This document shows, one piece after another, positions 1 through 14,575 of a DNA stretch of 64,000 nucleotides. Numbering within the stretch: position 1 is the first letter of the stretch; each line of letters begins with the position of its first letter. Under the pieces are notes generated by a model. It had not been told where the DNA came from and made no database searches. It worked only from the letters and a program-made list of their open reading frames with translations. The stretch comes from Guillardia theta CCMP2712 (lineage: Eukaryota > Protista > Cryptophyta), in assembly GCF_000315625.1 (NCBI RefSeq), contig NW_005434561.1, forward strand, positions 62,001-126,000, read 5' to 3'. Made by a program: the position numbers and the translations under genes.

Positions 1-332
1 TTCTCCTTCTCCTCTCCTTCTGTTTCGCGCTGTGCACATCACGTGATCCTGGTTTGAATATCCTCATCGTCCTCTTCCCACTTCTTTCTTCTGTCCTCCC
101 TCCTCTCCTCCCTCCTTCCTCTCCCCACTTCTCCCTCCTCTCCTTGCTCCTTGCTCCTCTCGTTCCTCCTCCTCATCTCATCACTCCTCCCTCCTCACCT
201 TCCTCCTTCTTCCTTCCTCCCTCCATCCTCATATCCTCTCTCCTTCTTCATCTCCTCTCACCTTCCTCCTCTCCTCCTATTTCTCTTCCCGCCATCACAT
301 CTCTGTGCCGCATCGCACGACGGCACGCTCTC

Positions 333-406
333 ACTGCCCCGGATACTGCACCGGATACTGCACCGGATACTGCACCGGATACTGCACCGGATACTGCACC
401 AGATAC
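333..406. repeat. 12-bp tandem minisatellite (CCGGATACTGCA)x5 plus partial copies
   Basis: Identical units at 339, 351, 363, 375 and 387, with degenerate flanking copies. Confidence 0.95.
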
Positions 407-460
407 AATGTCGGCACGGGCCGGGCCCGGCCGCCGAGTCACCCGTACGGTACACTCTAT

Positions 461-560
461 TTACTCAAAGTGAAGTTAAAAACGGTACCGGCGTTCCCAG
501 TTCTTTACTCAAAGTTAAGTTAAAAATCTCAGTTCTAGTGACACTGATCGGGTATCTCGA
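461..560 (+). repeat. Two end-copies of dispersed CTTTACTCAAAGTTAAGT repeat family
   Basis: ttactcaaagtgaagttaaaaa at 461 and ctttactcaaagttaagttaaaaatc at 503-528 match the ends at 1731-1808, 29565-29646 and 45323. Confidence 0.85.
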
Positions 561-681
561 AATTTTAGTTAAAACACCGTCATCCCTCAAACCAGCAGAA
601 ATCCGACCAAACCGTCCCTTTATCACCTGTACAGGACACGGCTGAAGTGGGAGCAGGAGGAGAGGCAAGGGCGGTCAGGGA

Positions 682-1260
682 GTGGCTCAGATAGTAGATC
701 AGAGGATGGACACGACTGATATGGATGAGATGAGTGAGCTAGACGATGGAGAATCTGAATTTCGAGAAGTCTGGCGGCAAAGGGACTTGGAGCACAGGAA
801 ATGTCTGGAGGAGGCTTTCAAGGTGATAGACTGCACTGCAGACGTTAATGTGCAGGCCATGTACGATCCGGGCAAGTACTACTATGAGGAGGAAGGCAAT
901 GAATTCGAGGAGTGCTGCTTTTTCCGAATATTTTTCGAGGAGGACGTTTTCTGGGACCATTTCTTTGATAGGACGGTGTTCAATAAATGTTGGGTTCTAG
1001 CGAGTAATGATTATTTCATGAAGATATTGGATTATCACGGGGATATTTTCAGAGTGATGACACCGATCATGCCCATACCAATGAGATTGTACATTCTCAA
1101 AGAGCTGTTGGCATGGTTGCGCAAGGAACAGAAATGCATAGGCGATTTTGCGGAAATTTTTCAATTTATTTGCCATGTTCTTCCTGAGAACATGGATTTC
1201 AAGAGGCATGTGCTCTGTCACTACATCTATTTCTATTATAAACAAAATCTCATTCCGTAG
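682..1260 (+). CDS. Intronless AT-rich hypothetical protein (192 aa from GTG; first ATG at 706)
   Basis: Open frame with a non-repetitive protein and AATAAA at ~1291; no family recognised. Confidence 0.55.
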   Translation: MAQIVDQRMDTTDMDEMSELDDGESEFREVWRQRDLEHRKCLEEAFKVIDCTADVNVQAMYDPGKYYYEEEGNEFEECCFFRIFFEEDVFWDHFFDRTVFNKCWVLASNDYFMKILDYHGDIFRVMTPIMPIPMRLYILKELLAWLRKEQKCIGDFAEIFQFICHVLPENMDFKRHVLCHYIYFYYKQNLIP

Positions 1261-1730
1261 AAACGAGCTAGCCCGCTAGTATAAAATTGCAATAAAGAAA
1301 ACAGTGCCATACTTTCCTTGCTTCCTTATGTTTTTTTTCAAATTCCTGTTTTTTCCTTGCTTACATAGATTGAATTCGTCTTTGTAGGAAGTAAAAGTAT
1401 CCATGAAAGAAAGACTCTCAAACCCAACTGTGCTCAGAGGACCTGATAGTAGCCAAGCCTTATAAACTTCGAAGTTTCACTTTCCGAAGTTCCGAAGTTC
1501 ACCGCTGTGGTAAGTTGGCCACGCCACGCCGGATTGCCCGCCGTGATTCGTCACAGTGCCGGGCACTGCGGCAAGGCCGGGCTCGGCCGCGGCGCCCGGC
1601 GCGCGCCGCGGCTCAGCTCGACTCGCCGAGGCGGCCCACTGCCGGGCACGGCCTAGGCTACTTGAAGTTGCCAGTGGCCAGTGAACTGACCGTGATCCGT
1701 TTGGCCTGTGCGACAGTGTCAGGGTCAAGC

Positions 1731-1808
1731 CTTTACTCAAAGTTAAGTCAAGCCTCCTCGACTCTCCTGATTGTCCTCGTACTGATTTTAACTTAACTTT
1801 GAGTAAAG
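1731..1808. mobile_element. 78-bp MITE-like element with perfect 18-bp terminal inverted repeats
   Basis: ctttactcaaagttaagt (1731-1748) ... acttaactttgagtaaag (1791-1808); related copies elsewhere in the window; no clear TSD. Confidence 0.7.
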
Positions 1809-2699
1809 TAGACCGTGATCCGGCTTGCTAAACGCGTCCGCGTTGAATTGTGAGGGAACAATGGAAGTGAGGGACCCGACCCAGGCCGCCGGGCCCGCGT
1901 GGCGGCGCTGACAGCCCGGGCCGCCGGCCCGGCCGGGCGCGGCCCGGTGACCGTCAGCGTCAGTCCGTTGACTCTACCGTACTACCGTCCGTCACCCCGT
2001 GGCACGTGCCAGGCAGATAAGGTCAGACTGCGATGATACGATGTGATATGTCAACGATTTGACGGGGACGCACTCTGAGAACTCTTTGAAAAGAAGTCTT
2101 TTCAACTTACAAAGAACGTCGAGCATGTAAAAACATGACAAACCGGCATTTCTCTGCATCCTGCTCCTGCCTGCTCCTGCCGTTAATCTTGCCCAGCGTG
2201 GAGGATCCCAGCACATATCTTTGATTCATTGTTGTGATCATGATTAAGTCAGCCGACAAGACTGTTTTCCTCAGCTATTTTGGTTCCGGTGCCACCCCTT
2301 GCGTTGTATCAGACAAAGATGATATGGTCACAGCTTTGCGAACTCAATCTCTGCCTCAGGAAAACGAGTTACAAAACAAAGTATGTCAACCATTTGAACA
2401 TCTTTTAGCGAGTAGCATTCCTGCTCAAATCAAGAGTTAGATAATATGATATTCTTTAAACACAACAAGTTGTTATAAGACCGTAAGATGTTATTCTATT
2501 TTACAAAAAATAAACTCAAAAACCAATGGCTTATCATCGTTTTTTCGGTAGGTTGGTATGGCATCATTAAAAGAATTTTCATGAGTGTTTGACTTTGTGA
2601 ACATATAAGGTTACTTTGTGAATATATAAGTTTATTGTACCAGCGGAGCTAAGACTTAAGAATCGTTCGATGATATCATAAATCTTAATTCATCCTGCT

Positions 2700-4130
2700 T
2701 CATTACGCCGATATTGAAATGAGTAACTTACTTTGGGGCAGACTTCAACTAGGATCATGCTTCAACCAAGCAGATGGATGTTATTCATCCTACCCCGAAC
2801 ATCAACATATTGTAACGGGTGATGTTATTGATTCACTTCAAAGAAAAACCACGAGCTACGACTTGACAAAAGTCTATTACGACTTGAGTCCTTCATAAGA
2901 CTCTACAAAGGATTATGCCATGTAGAAGGATCCCACATCTGCGATAAGCTTAATTCCCAGTGCTCAAAGCAACGCAGCCGTCACCACACTAGTTTCTCCT
3001 GCAAGATATCTTTCAACGCTTTGCTTCTCGAACTTCTTCTCTTCAGCAGATCGCAGTCTGTTCCTCACACAACATCACTAAATTTCAAAATGTTGTTGCC
3101 AAAAAACCACCTGGGCGAAGTGAGGTCAATGTCCCAATTACCAGCAGCGAGCGACTGAGTGCTTGGGGTTGAGAGCTGCATCAAACCATGATCAATCATC
3201 GAATTACTCATTCATTTCTTTGCGGCAGACCTCCTTGAGCGACTTCCTGCGAATCCTATTGGCGTAAAGTGCATGCCAGCTGGCCGGGTCCCAGGGCTAA
3301 CAAGGTCAGTTCTCACGTCGTATGTCAGCGCGTCAAAACCTACCACAGAGCTCTCTCCATTCTGATATCTCTGATACGCCTGCTGATTGTATTTATGCTC
3401 TTCTGCTCTTTTCAATCTGCACCATAACACAATCAAGAACGAAAATTCCCTTGTGCCCTTGCCTGGATGACGTCTGGTCTACATCCCAGTTACCGTGGGC
3501 TAAAGACTGAACACGCATATTTCTGGCCTGTTGATGGTTATAAATGCGTAAGTTTCTGGGAAGATAAACATACATAGACAGGGGTCGGCTCCCCTCGAGC
3601 GATTCTCTCGTCCTGTTCGATGTCAAACAAATCAATCTTTTACATGAATGGTTTGGCAATCAACCGCTTGCTTCCAGAATTTGTCCATCTCTTGCATTCG
3701 GCGAGACGAGGTTCTCTGCTCGATGTTCCATGGAGCAGAGTTCAACATCTAGCATGCGAGGTCATCGCCAGAGGATTCTGACAAAGAAGCATTTACCTGC
3801 TTGGTGGCATATGGCGGGTAGACCTCCAACAGTTGCGACCTGATGTTCAGAGATGAGCACACCTTCATATCTTAGATCGCATGTCCATACCCGTGAGCCG
3901 ACTTGTGGTGGACAACGAGAACCACCATGGACACCAAAAATATCACACAGCTGGCAGCAGCAATGCCTGAGAACCATCATCGTGAGCGACACATACAACC
4001 CGGTCTACATCAGGTATGACGAGAAGGAAGTTAACAGCACAGACAGGAGCATGAAGAAACGAAGTGGATTCCACTGACGTGCATGCTGGCCTCGCAAGGA
4101 CACGTACCTGCCAGCCCCATCGCGACATGC
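2700..4130 (-). pseudogene. Probable degraded or unresolved gene with an internal peptide repeat
   Basis: Fragmented ORFs; QSLAHGNWDVDQTS (~3465-3510) and QSLAAGNWDIDLTS (~3115-3160) recur. Confidence 0.3.
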
Positions 4131-4796
4131 CGCGAAGAGCCATACATTTTGGCACACAAACTGGCGCCGTGCAACTGTGACCGGGAACTTAACCGGCCGT
4201 ACGCCGTTATTTGCCGTTACGTGGGGATGAGGGATGCAGGGGATGAGCGGGGATGAAGGGCCCTCGCTGCTAAAATGAGACCTCTTGGGCTTGACCCCGG
4301 GCTAGCAGAAAGAGATGGGGGTATAGGTAAGGGGATTCTTAAATGAGACAATAAGGTAAAAGCTGAAGGGGGGATGGTGGTAAGGATGCTCTAGGAGCTA
4401 ATCGCCCAGGGAGTCTGCCAGGGAGTATGCACGAGGACGACAAGGGTGGGCAGCAGCAATGAATGCGCACATAAAGAGCGACGTGTATAAGATGAGAGGA
4501 AGAGGACGAGAGAGAGAGAGTATGTATGCATGCACTTGAAGAGTTGTTGATGCTACTCCCTTAATCACTTCGGTCTTGATCGAACACGACAAAGTCATGT
4601 TGTGAATCGAGCACCGGTGCCTTCCTAGGTTTTGACCTGGAGAGGACAGATGAGGAGGAGAGAAAACCACGACCAAAAGTTTTACTAGTGATGTAGGACG
4701 CATGTATGATCAGTCAGTGTTCATTCCTGCAAGGGGCTGAAACGGTTCGAGCTCTGCTCGTTGATCAAAGTTAGTACACTGAAAGTGAGTCGGGTC

Positions 4797-7109
<2,313 letters not shown>

Positions 7110-7464
7110 GCGACAGTGCGCGACGTCCGAAGCAAACCAGCTTCTCGCCCATGTGAAGCTCTTGTATAGTCAAACCTCCCACAACCTCTCTTCGTGTTGT
7201 CTCTGAACTCTCTTGACCCTGTTTGTTTTCCTTTAATCCTGTGTGATGCTACGTCACGTCCTGAGAGGCAAATGCAGAATAAACTTCAGTGCAGCTGATA
7301 GACGATCTAGACCCATACTTGATTGAAATTTAGAGGTAGGCAATGCAAACTCGCCTCAGAGGAAAGAAATGACTGTCTTTGAGACAGCAAATTGCTCCTA
7401 CACTCGAATTTAGAGGAATGATGCGGACTTGATGAGTCTCCTCAAATAGTCGCAATGTGAGAGA

Positions 7465-7650
7465 ATGGAGAGGAGGGAGAGGAGAGGAGAGGAGAGGAGA
7501 GGAGAGGAGAGGAGAGGAGAGGAGAGGAGAGGAGAGGCGAGGCGAGGCGAGGAGAGGAGAGGAGAGGAGAGGAGAGGAGAGGAGAGAGGAGAGGAGAGGA
7601 GAGGAGAGGAGAGGAGAGGAGGGGAGGGGAGGGGAGAGGAGAGAGGGATG
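7465..7650. repeat. (GGAGA)n pentanucleotide microsatellite
   Basis: Seen directly. Confidence 0.95.
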
Positions 7651-7944
7651 GAGTGAGATAATTTGAATAAGAATATCCTGGATAGATGATATTCGTTTTC
7701 TTTTCTTGGTTGTTTTGTGTGGTCAAGTGTCAGTGACTTTGCCTAGAGGTCGTGTAGACTGGTAATGGTTGTGACTTGGGAGAGAGAATTGAGTGAGGTA
7801 GATGCGATGCTTCTCATCAATTGTAGATTGTTTATTGATGCCTTGAATATGTGCAGATGAAATAGCACCACATGCTTTTATGAGGGGGAAAGCACTCGGG
7901 AATTGCGAAACCAAATAACTCTGCTAAGAATCTGGAACGGCGCC

Positions 7945-10900
7945 ATGATGTTTGTTGAAGGCGACCAGATGGAACGCACAAACAGCGGGGATTCTATCAT
8001 ATCGAAGCACAACTCATCCTCAAACTCAGTCAACGAACTTCTCACCAACAACTTTGCTTCGCCAGTCCCTGACCTCTCCTCTTTGTCATACGTAGACTTC
8101 GATGTAAGAACTTTTTTCCGCGAGTTCGATCCTATCTCGTCCGCTTGCTGGATGACAGCTGGACTGTTTGAGATCTTCTTCATCCGCATCCCTGACTTGT
8201 TGTGCGATTTTCTGCCCTACTGCGGCTCAGTGGTATCAGGAGCGGCGCTATACATCTTCGCTCAAACCCTCGCGCTCCTGTGGGGGTTCTTGGCCATTGC
8301 CGTTGCAGTCTTATGCACCAAGACGGTCAATCACATCGAGAACTGCTGGTTTGACCACCAGCTGACGAGCTCGACTTGTGCTGAGCCGGTATGGAGGATC
8401 CTTGTGTTTGTCTACATCTACTACTGTGTGATGGACATATTCTGGATCCTCGCCAAGTCTCTCTTTGAAGTGGGCTGGGAGATGTACGGGGACTTCCCAG
8501 GAGCACGCATTCTGCTGAACCCCAAGATCTACTTCCACGAGGTCTTCGGGGAGGAGAAGCGACAGGAACAGGAACCCAGCAAGGACGGGAGTGCGAGGGC
8601 CCTGCTAGGGAGGGTCCAGTACAAGTGTCTGCTGATCCCGCTACTCGTGATCTTCATCGTGTCAGTCCTGCTCTCCGCACTTCAGATATGTGCTGATGTC
8701 TTCTGCCGGGAGAAAGAGTCTCCTTGGATCCTTGAGTTGCTCGCAAGACCCTCGTCGAGACTCTCCCGTACTCTGAGGTTCACCCTCTTCATAGGGCTGC
8801 TGCAGTGGGCACAGACGTTCCACGCTATCTTTCCGAGGTGGTACAGGACCTTGAACAAGCTCAGAGGCGCTGCCGTCCTCAAGTCCTTCTTCATCTTCGT
8901 CGGAATCCCCTCCGGCGCTCGCCTGATGGAGTGGACCCTCCATCCCGGCGAGCCTTCAAGGATCTTCCCTGGCCTCTCCCACACGACCATCGACAACATC
9001 CTCGTCATCGCCTGGACGGGCATCTTCCTCTTCGCCTCCTCGGAGATCCTGCGCCTCCCCCTCAAAGACCTCAAGGAGGCGGGCCTGCAGAAGGAGATGT
9101 TCAAGGACTCGAAGCTCTGGTGCCGGCAGACGCTGAGGTTCAAGTTCATGCTGGTGTCGTGCGAGGTACTTCACTTCATCCGGGGGGTCCTGTCGGCCAG
9201 GATGGGCTTCACCTTCTCTCAGAACGATCTTATCCTCATCTCCCTCGAGTACCCCATCCTCCTGGTCGTCATCTGGGTCTCCGTCTACTGCTCCCTGGTC
9301 CTCTCCTACCATGACCTCGCCCTCGTCTCCTTGACCCCCGTCCTCTCCTCTTTGGGCTCGAAGCTGCTGGGGGTCGAAGCTTGGGGCATCGTAGTCTTTG
9401 TAACCCTCCACCTCGAAGGCTTCCTGGTGGACCGAACCGCCTCCTCCTCCAAACTCATCCAGGGCTTCCGCAAGTCTCGTCTCCTCTTCGACTCTCAGCA
9501 GCACAGTGCCTCCGCTGCCACGGAACCGCGCATGGCCAACGGGTACGAGAGGAAGCTGGGAGGACAGATCGCGCACGTCTTTCTGCTCATAGCGTTGGGC
9601 TTCTGGTGCTTCCTGGCCATGCTAGGCATTCTCTCTGCTATCCAGGTCGACCAGGTCAGAGGAAAAGGAGGACGAGGAGGAGAGGGAAACAACAGCTGAC
9701 ACCCTGCAGGGCTGGTTCCCCGCAAACGCTTTCATAGCTCTCGACAAAGTTTCCGACAACTCCACCAAGATCTTTCACGACTTCGGTCACCGGCGGTCGA
9801 GCCCTGCAGTCGCTCACCTGGCTGACAGGTACCCTCACCCTCAGCAAGCGACTGTCTCCCGGCCCCCACGCATCCTATGTGGGTCTACCCGAGTACGCGA
9901 TCTGCAACAACGAGTTCTGGGGTATGAGAGCCATCGACTACGGGCTCCTCTCCCTCGCTGCTTACTTCGGCCCAAAGGAGGTCAGAAACTCGTCCGTTGG
10001 TTCTCCCCTTCCTTCGTTCTCTCCCTCCTTTCCTCCTCCCTTCCTCCTCCTCCTGCCTCTTCCGTTGCGCTTGTCTACCCTGCTCCCAGCTACTCCTTAG
10101 CAGCTCCCTACAGGTCGACGCCGTCCTATCTGCTTTCTTTCCTCAGCAGAGCTGCACCAGTCTTCATGACAAGTATGCTCCTCCACCGTGACCGCAGCCC
10201 CTGATGGCCGCGCAGGAAGCTCGAAGACGCGTTCGACACGTGCAGGAACTCGAAGCTTCCTCGGCACGTCGATCAGCATGAAGGAGTCGACCCGTCCCAG
10301 AAGTTCTGGACGGAGGTGAGAGGAGCGGGGAGGGGGGAAGGTCATGACAGGGAGGGGCTGCCAGGTTGTCTTCGAGGAAAGAAACTTGACTGTCATCTCC
10401 GTTCGCGGCACAGAGTTTTGGAGGCTCAGTGACTGGCTCGAGGACGTGCGCATGTGGACCGAGCCAGCAGGTCTGACCGCCTCCTCCTCCTTGAGCTCTG
10501 TCACGCTACCGCAGTCTTCACTCTCCTCTCCAACGTCTTCCCCACCATCAACATCTGGTCCCCGCAAGCCACCGCGATGGTGACGGACACATACCAGGCA
10601 AGTGCCCAGCTTGTCTGTCTTCCTGACCTGCTCCTCGGCATCCGTTGCCTTATTTGCAGTCCCTTCCCTTGTTTCTCTTCTCCTTCAATCTGCCTCCACT
10701 CCCCTTGCCGACTCTCTTCCCTCCCTCTCTTCCTTCTTACCAGATTTCCAGAGCCTTCTGAAGGCGATCGGACTTCCAGACTCAGAGGTACCTTCCCTTC
10801 CTCCTCCGCTCCCTTCCTATCCCTTTCTCACCTCCTCAATCCTTCTCTCTTCTCTTCATCCACCGCTCTCTCTCCCCTTCCCTTCCTCGCCTTCCTCTTT

Positions 10901-11675
10901 CCCCCTCAACCCGCAAACCTCCTCCACCATTCATCTCCCTGCTCACCTTGCTTGCAGTACAAGTACAATCGCCTCGTCCGTCACATCCGCCATCGAGTTC
11001 TCCCTCGAACGCCTCCGGGCCATCAGGTAGTTCTCACCGGCCACTCCCTCGGCGGGGGAATTGCTCATGTAGTAGCTGCGCTGCTCAACCTGCCGGCCGT
11101 GGCCTTCAACCCTCCGGGGGTGTACAAGTCCCTTGCCAAGCACCTGCACTGGCACGGAGAGGAGAGGAGGCAGATGCTGCATGCTGCGCACAACCGGACG
11201 GTGACGGTGCTGGCGGAGAACGACTTCATCGGCCGCCTCTTCGACTCGCACGCGGGGCTGGTGCAGACCATCACATGCAGCACCGACCAGATGGGACCCC
11301 TGGGCTGCCACATGATCGAAAACGCCGTGTGCAACCTGCTCCGGCACTGCAACAACGACCCCCGATGGCAGGTGAGGCGACAAGACGCTTTTTCCTCCCT
11401 CACCCTCCCCGCAGACTTGCTGGTACTCGTACGACATGCAGCCGCTGAAGAAGGGACTCACTCCGTCCTTGAAGGGGCTGCGGGAGAAGCTGCAGATGCT
11501 GGCAGAGCGAGTGAGGGAGAAGAGCAGAGCAGGGAACCTCTCAGTCATGGTTGAGATGCTTCTGACCCTCGTCGCCATCCTCGCCACCATCTCACTGAGC
11601 CTGCGGCTAGTCTTCATGTCCGTCCTGGACGTTAAGATAACCTCCAACCTCGACCTGCCCAAGCAGCCGCACTGA
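7945..11675 (+). CDS. Multi-pass membrane protein with C-terminal class-3 lipase domain, multi-exon
   Basis: Long hydrophobic first exon; later exons give VISVRGT, DWLED, VVLTGHSLGGGIA (GxSxG), AVAFNPPG. Confidence 0.8.
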
Positions 11676-11769
11676 AGGCGAGCGGGTGGGAGACAAGCTC
11701 AGAGGGAGTGAGAGTGTGAGAGTGAGAGAGGAGTGAGAGAAGACGGGGGAGCAGGAGCTTGTCAGAGAG

Positions 11770-13600
11770 CAGATAAATGTAAACATAACAGTGAAAAAGC
11801 GCTTTCTATCCTCATGCGTTGTACTTGGCCGAGGCTACCTCCAGGTCCCGCAGGTCTTGTTGCTGCAATTCAGTCAGTACTCTACTTCCCTTCCTCCTCC
11901 TAATACCAGGCTCGCGGGGAGGACGATCCCCTTCTTGGAGTACTGCTTGAGAAGATCCTTGATGGACTGGCCGTACCTGAGGGGCGAAGACGTCAGGAGC
12001 ACGTGAGACAAGCACTGGCGACAGTCATACTGATGAGCATCTGACTGTGAGAGCTGCTTGCCGAACAGTTCCTTCTGCAGCTTGTGATCCGTGTCCTCGA
12101 TCTCCTGCAGCAGCCTCGTCACTCACGTGCCACCATCGGCACTTCCCTGCCTTATCGCTCTCCGCCGTCGACTGGAAGAGAGGAAGGTTGAAGATCTGAA
12201 TCCCTCCCTGCTTCCTCACTGGTTGAAGCGCTTCCACCTCCTCAGCCACCAGGTTGCTGGAAGGAGAGGGTCAGCAGCCGATCTCTCATCGCGAGCATCT
12301 ACTTGAATCTGCTCTCTGCTGACTTCTCGGCAGCACCGGCTGCCAGGTACTTGGCAAGGCTGTCGGCGACGGACTGCAGGCTGTGAGCACAGGAAAGGGA
12401 TGGTCTTTCACTCACCTGACTGTACTGGGGCAGCTGAGAGCTGAAGAGGTTTTCTCCTGCAGTGCCGCTTGTGTTCCCGGGGTCCATGACCTGCGGTGAT
12501 ATGAGGGGAAGAGGAGGGAGGGAAGGTAGGGAGGGGAGGGAGTGAGGGAGGGATCGAACCTTGTGGGTCTGCAGCCAGGCTTGCGAGCCCTGATCGGGCA
12601 TCCACGTTCTCTGCTGGCAGAACTCTTCGCCGAAGGGCTTCTGACAGAAGGAGCTTGTGAAGCCTGTGGCAACGGTCGGTGATTCGGAGACGTTCCGACT
12701 TAAACTTGTCAAGTTACCTGTGCAAGGGCCACCAGCCTCATGGAGCTTGCTGGTCATGTCCGGCTTGCAGAGATCCTGCTGGAGCATCTACGCAACCCGT
12801 GAGTTGTTCAGCCCTCGACTCTAGAAGTTGTGTGCTGCTGCTGCACCTGCCCCGGCCTGAAGTCTTGACCGCAGCTGTTGCACTGACATTCGAAAAGGAC
12901 TCTAATCGCCAAGCACTGGGCTTGTGCTGACTGGATGTCGTCAGCATAGACCTTCTTGATCTCATCTTTCTCGACTTCAAACTGTTGAATGTCTTGTGTG
13001 AGAGATCTTGATGGTTTCAGGTGCAATCAAGTATCTCACTGTCGCTTTGCATTGCTCATCACAAGCATTGGCGGGAGGGGGTCCTTGCTGCAAGGTTGGG
13101 TATGACGTATAGGGACCATTGGCCTGCAACTCATGGTTCAACATGAGCGACAAGGACTATGAGACAGGTTCCTCGCTGTACCTTAGCATTCAATCGCTGG
13201 TAAGCTGAGAGAAAATCGTTATCTGCATGGCTCGAAAGCAGCTCAGCGGTCTTACCCATATAGCGAGGATCATATCGAGCGTACGCTTGCGGGTTTGCTG
13301 GGAAGGCCGGCATGTTGCTCAGCTCGTGCTGCCATGTTCCCAACGGAGCTGAGAAGGCAATGGTCAGGCTACCAAGAGATGATATCCATCATTGAAACAT
13401 GTGAACCTGAGTTCTCGTCAGCCCACAGTTTCGAGGCTGACATACTGGTTCGCAAGGGAGAGTCGAGCTCTCCTCTTGGAGAGATCGCAGTGATGACCAA
13501 GGCGGTCGCAAGCAGACCGAATGACAGCATGGCGACTGATCTCCACGAATCCACCCGTGCACTCCCCGTCTCCTCAGGCAGCCTGTATGGTCCCAATATC
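11770..13600 (-). CDS. Hypothetical Cys-containing secreted or membrane-anchored protein, multi-exon; ends approximate
   Basis: Chain of minus-strand ORF pieces with GT-AG introns; N-terminal hydrophobic segment VAMLSFGLLATALVITAI. Confidence 0.5.
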
Positions 13601-13878
13601 AGTCACATAATCACAGAGTGCTGCTCTCCTTAGCACTTCTCTTGATCTCTTCCTCCTGCCTCGCTCGCCTCCATCACTTTCTCTCCCCAGCATCTCATCG
13701 TCGCTTACCTTCCTTCCTCCTCGTCCGCCATGGCTGCCTCAGGAGCTCTATTTCGGGCGACCTGACTTGACAGCCGATCAAGTGGGGCTGAGTGGAGATG
13801 AGGGCACAATTGGCCTTACAACGGTCGGTTAACGGTTGAGCGAAGAAAGGGGAACTAGGGAAGAAGAGCAGAAGGAAG

Positions 13879-13879
<1 letters not shown>

Positions 13880-13959
<80 letters not shown>

Positions 13960-13966
13960 TTGTTGT

Positions 13967-14050
<84 letters not shown>

Positions 14051-14410
14051 GGATGATGATGAGGAGGAGGAGGATGATACTGATGATGATGATGATGAGG
14101 ATGATGATGAGGAGGAGGAGGATGATACTGATGATGATGATGAGGATGATGAGAATGATGATTTGTTGNNNNNNNNNNNNNNNNNNNNNNNNNNNNNNNN
14201 NNNNNNNNNNNNNNNNNNNNNNNNNNNNNNNNNNNNNNNNNNNNNNNNNNNNNNNNNNNNNNNNNNNNATGATGATGATGATGATGAAGATGAGGATGAT
14301 GATGAGGAGGAGGATGTTGTTGTTGTTGTTGTTGATGATGATGATGATGATGAGGAGGAGGAGGAGGAGGAAGATGAGGATGATGATGATGATGTTGTTG
14401 TTGTTGTTGT

Positions 14411-14452
<42 letters not shown>

Positions 14453-14575
14453 GGAGGAGGAGGAGGAGGAGGTGATGGTGTTGGAGGTGGTGGTGGAGGA
14501 GGTAGAGGAGGAGGAGGAGGAGGAGGAGGTAGAGGTAGAGGTGGAGGAGGAGGTGCAGGAGGTGGTGTGGTGGTG
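13880..14575. repeat. Compound (GAT)n/(GAG)n/(GTT)n microsatellite spanning an N gap (14169-14268)
   Basis: Seen directly; possibly intronic in a small + strand gene (~13690-15124). Confidence 0.95.

Noticed and set aside
333-406. 12-bp repeats as a CRISPR array
   Set aside because: No spacers, unit too short, eukaryotic context
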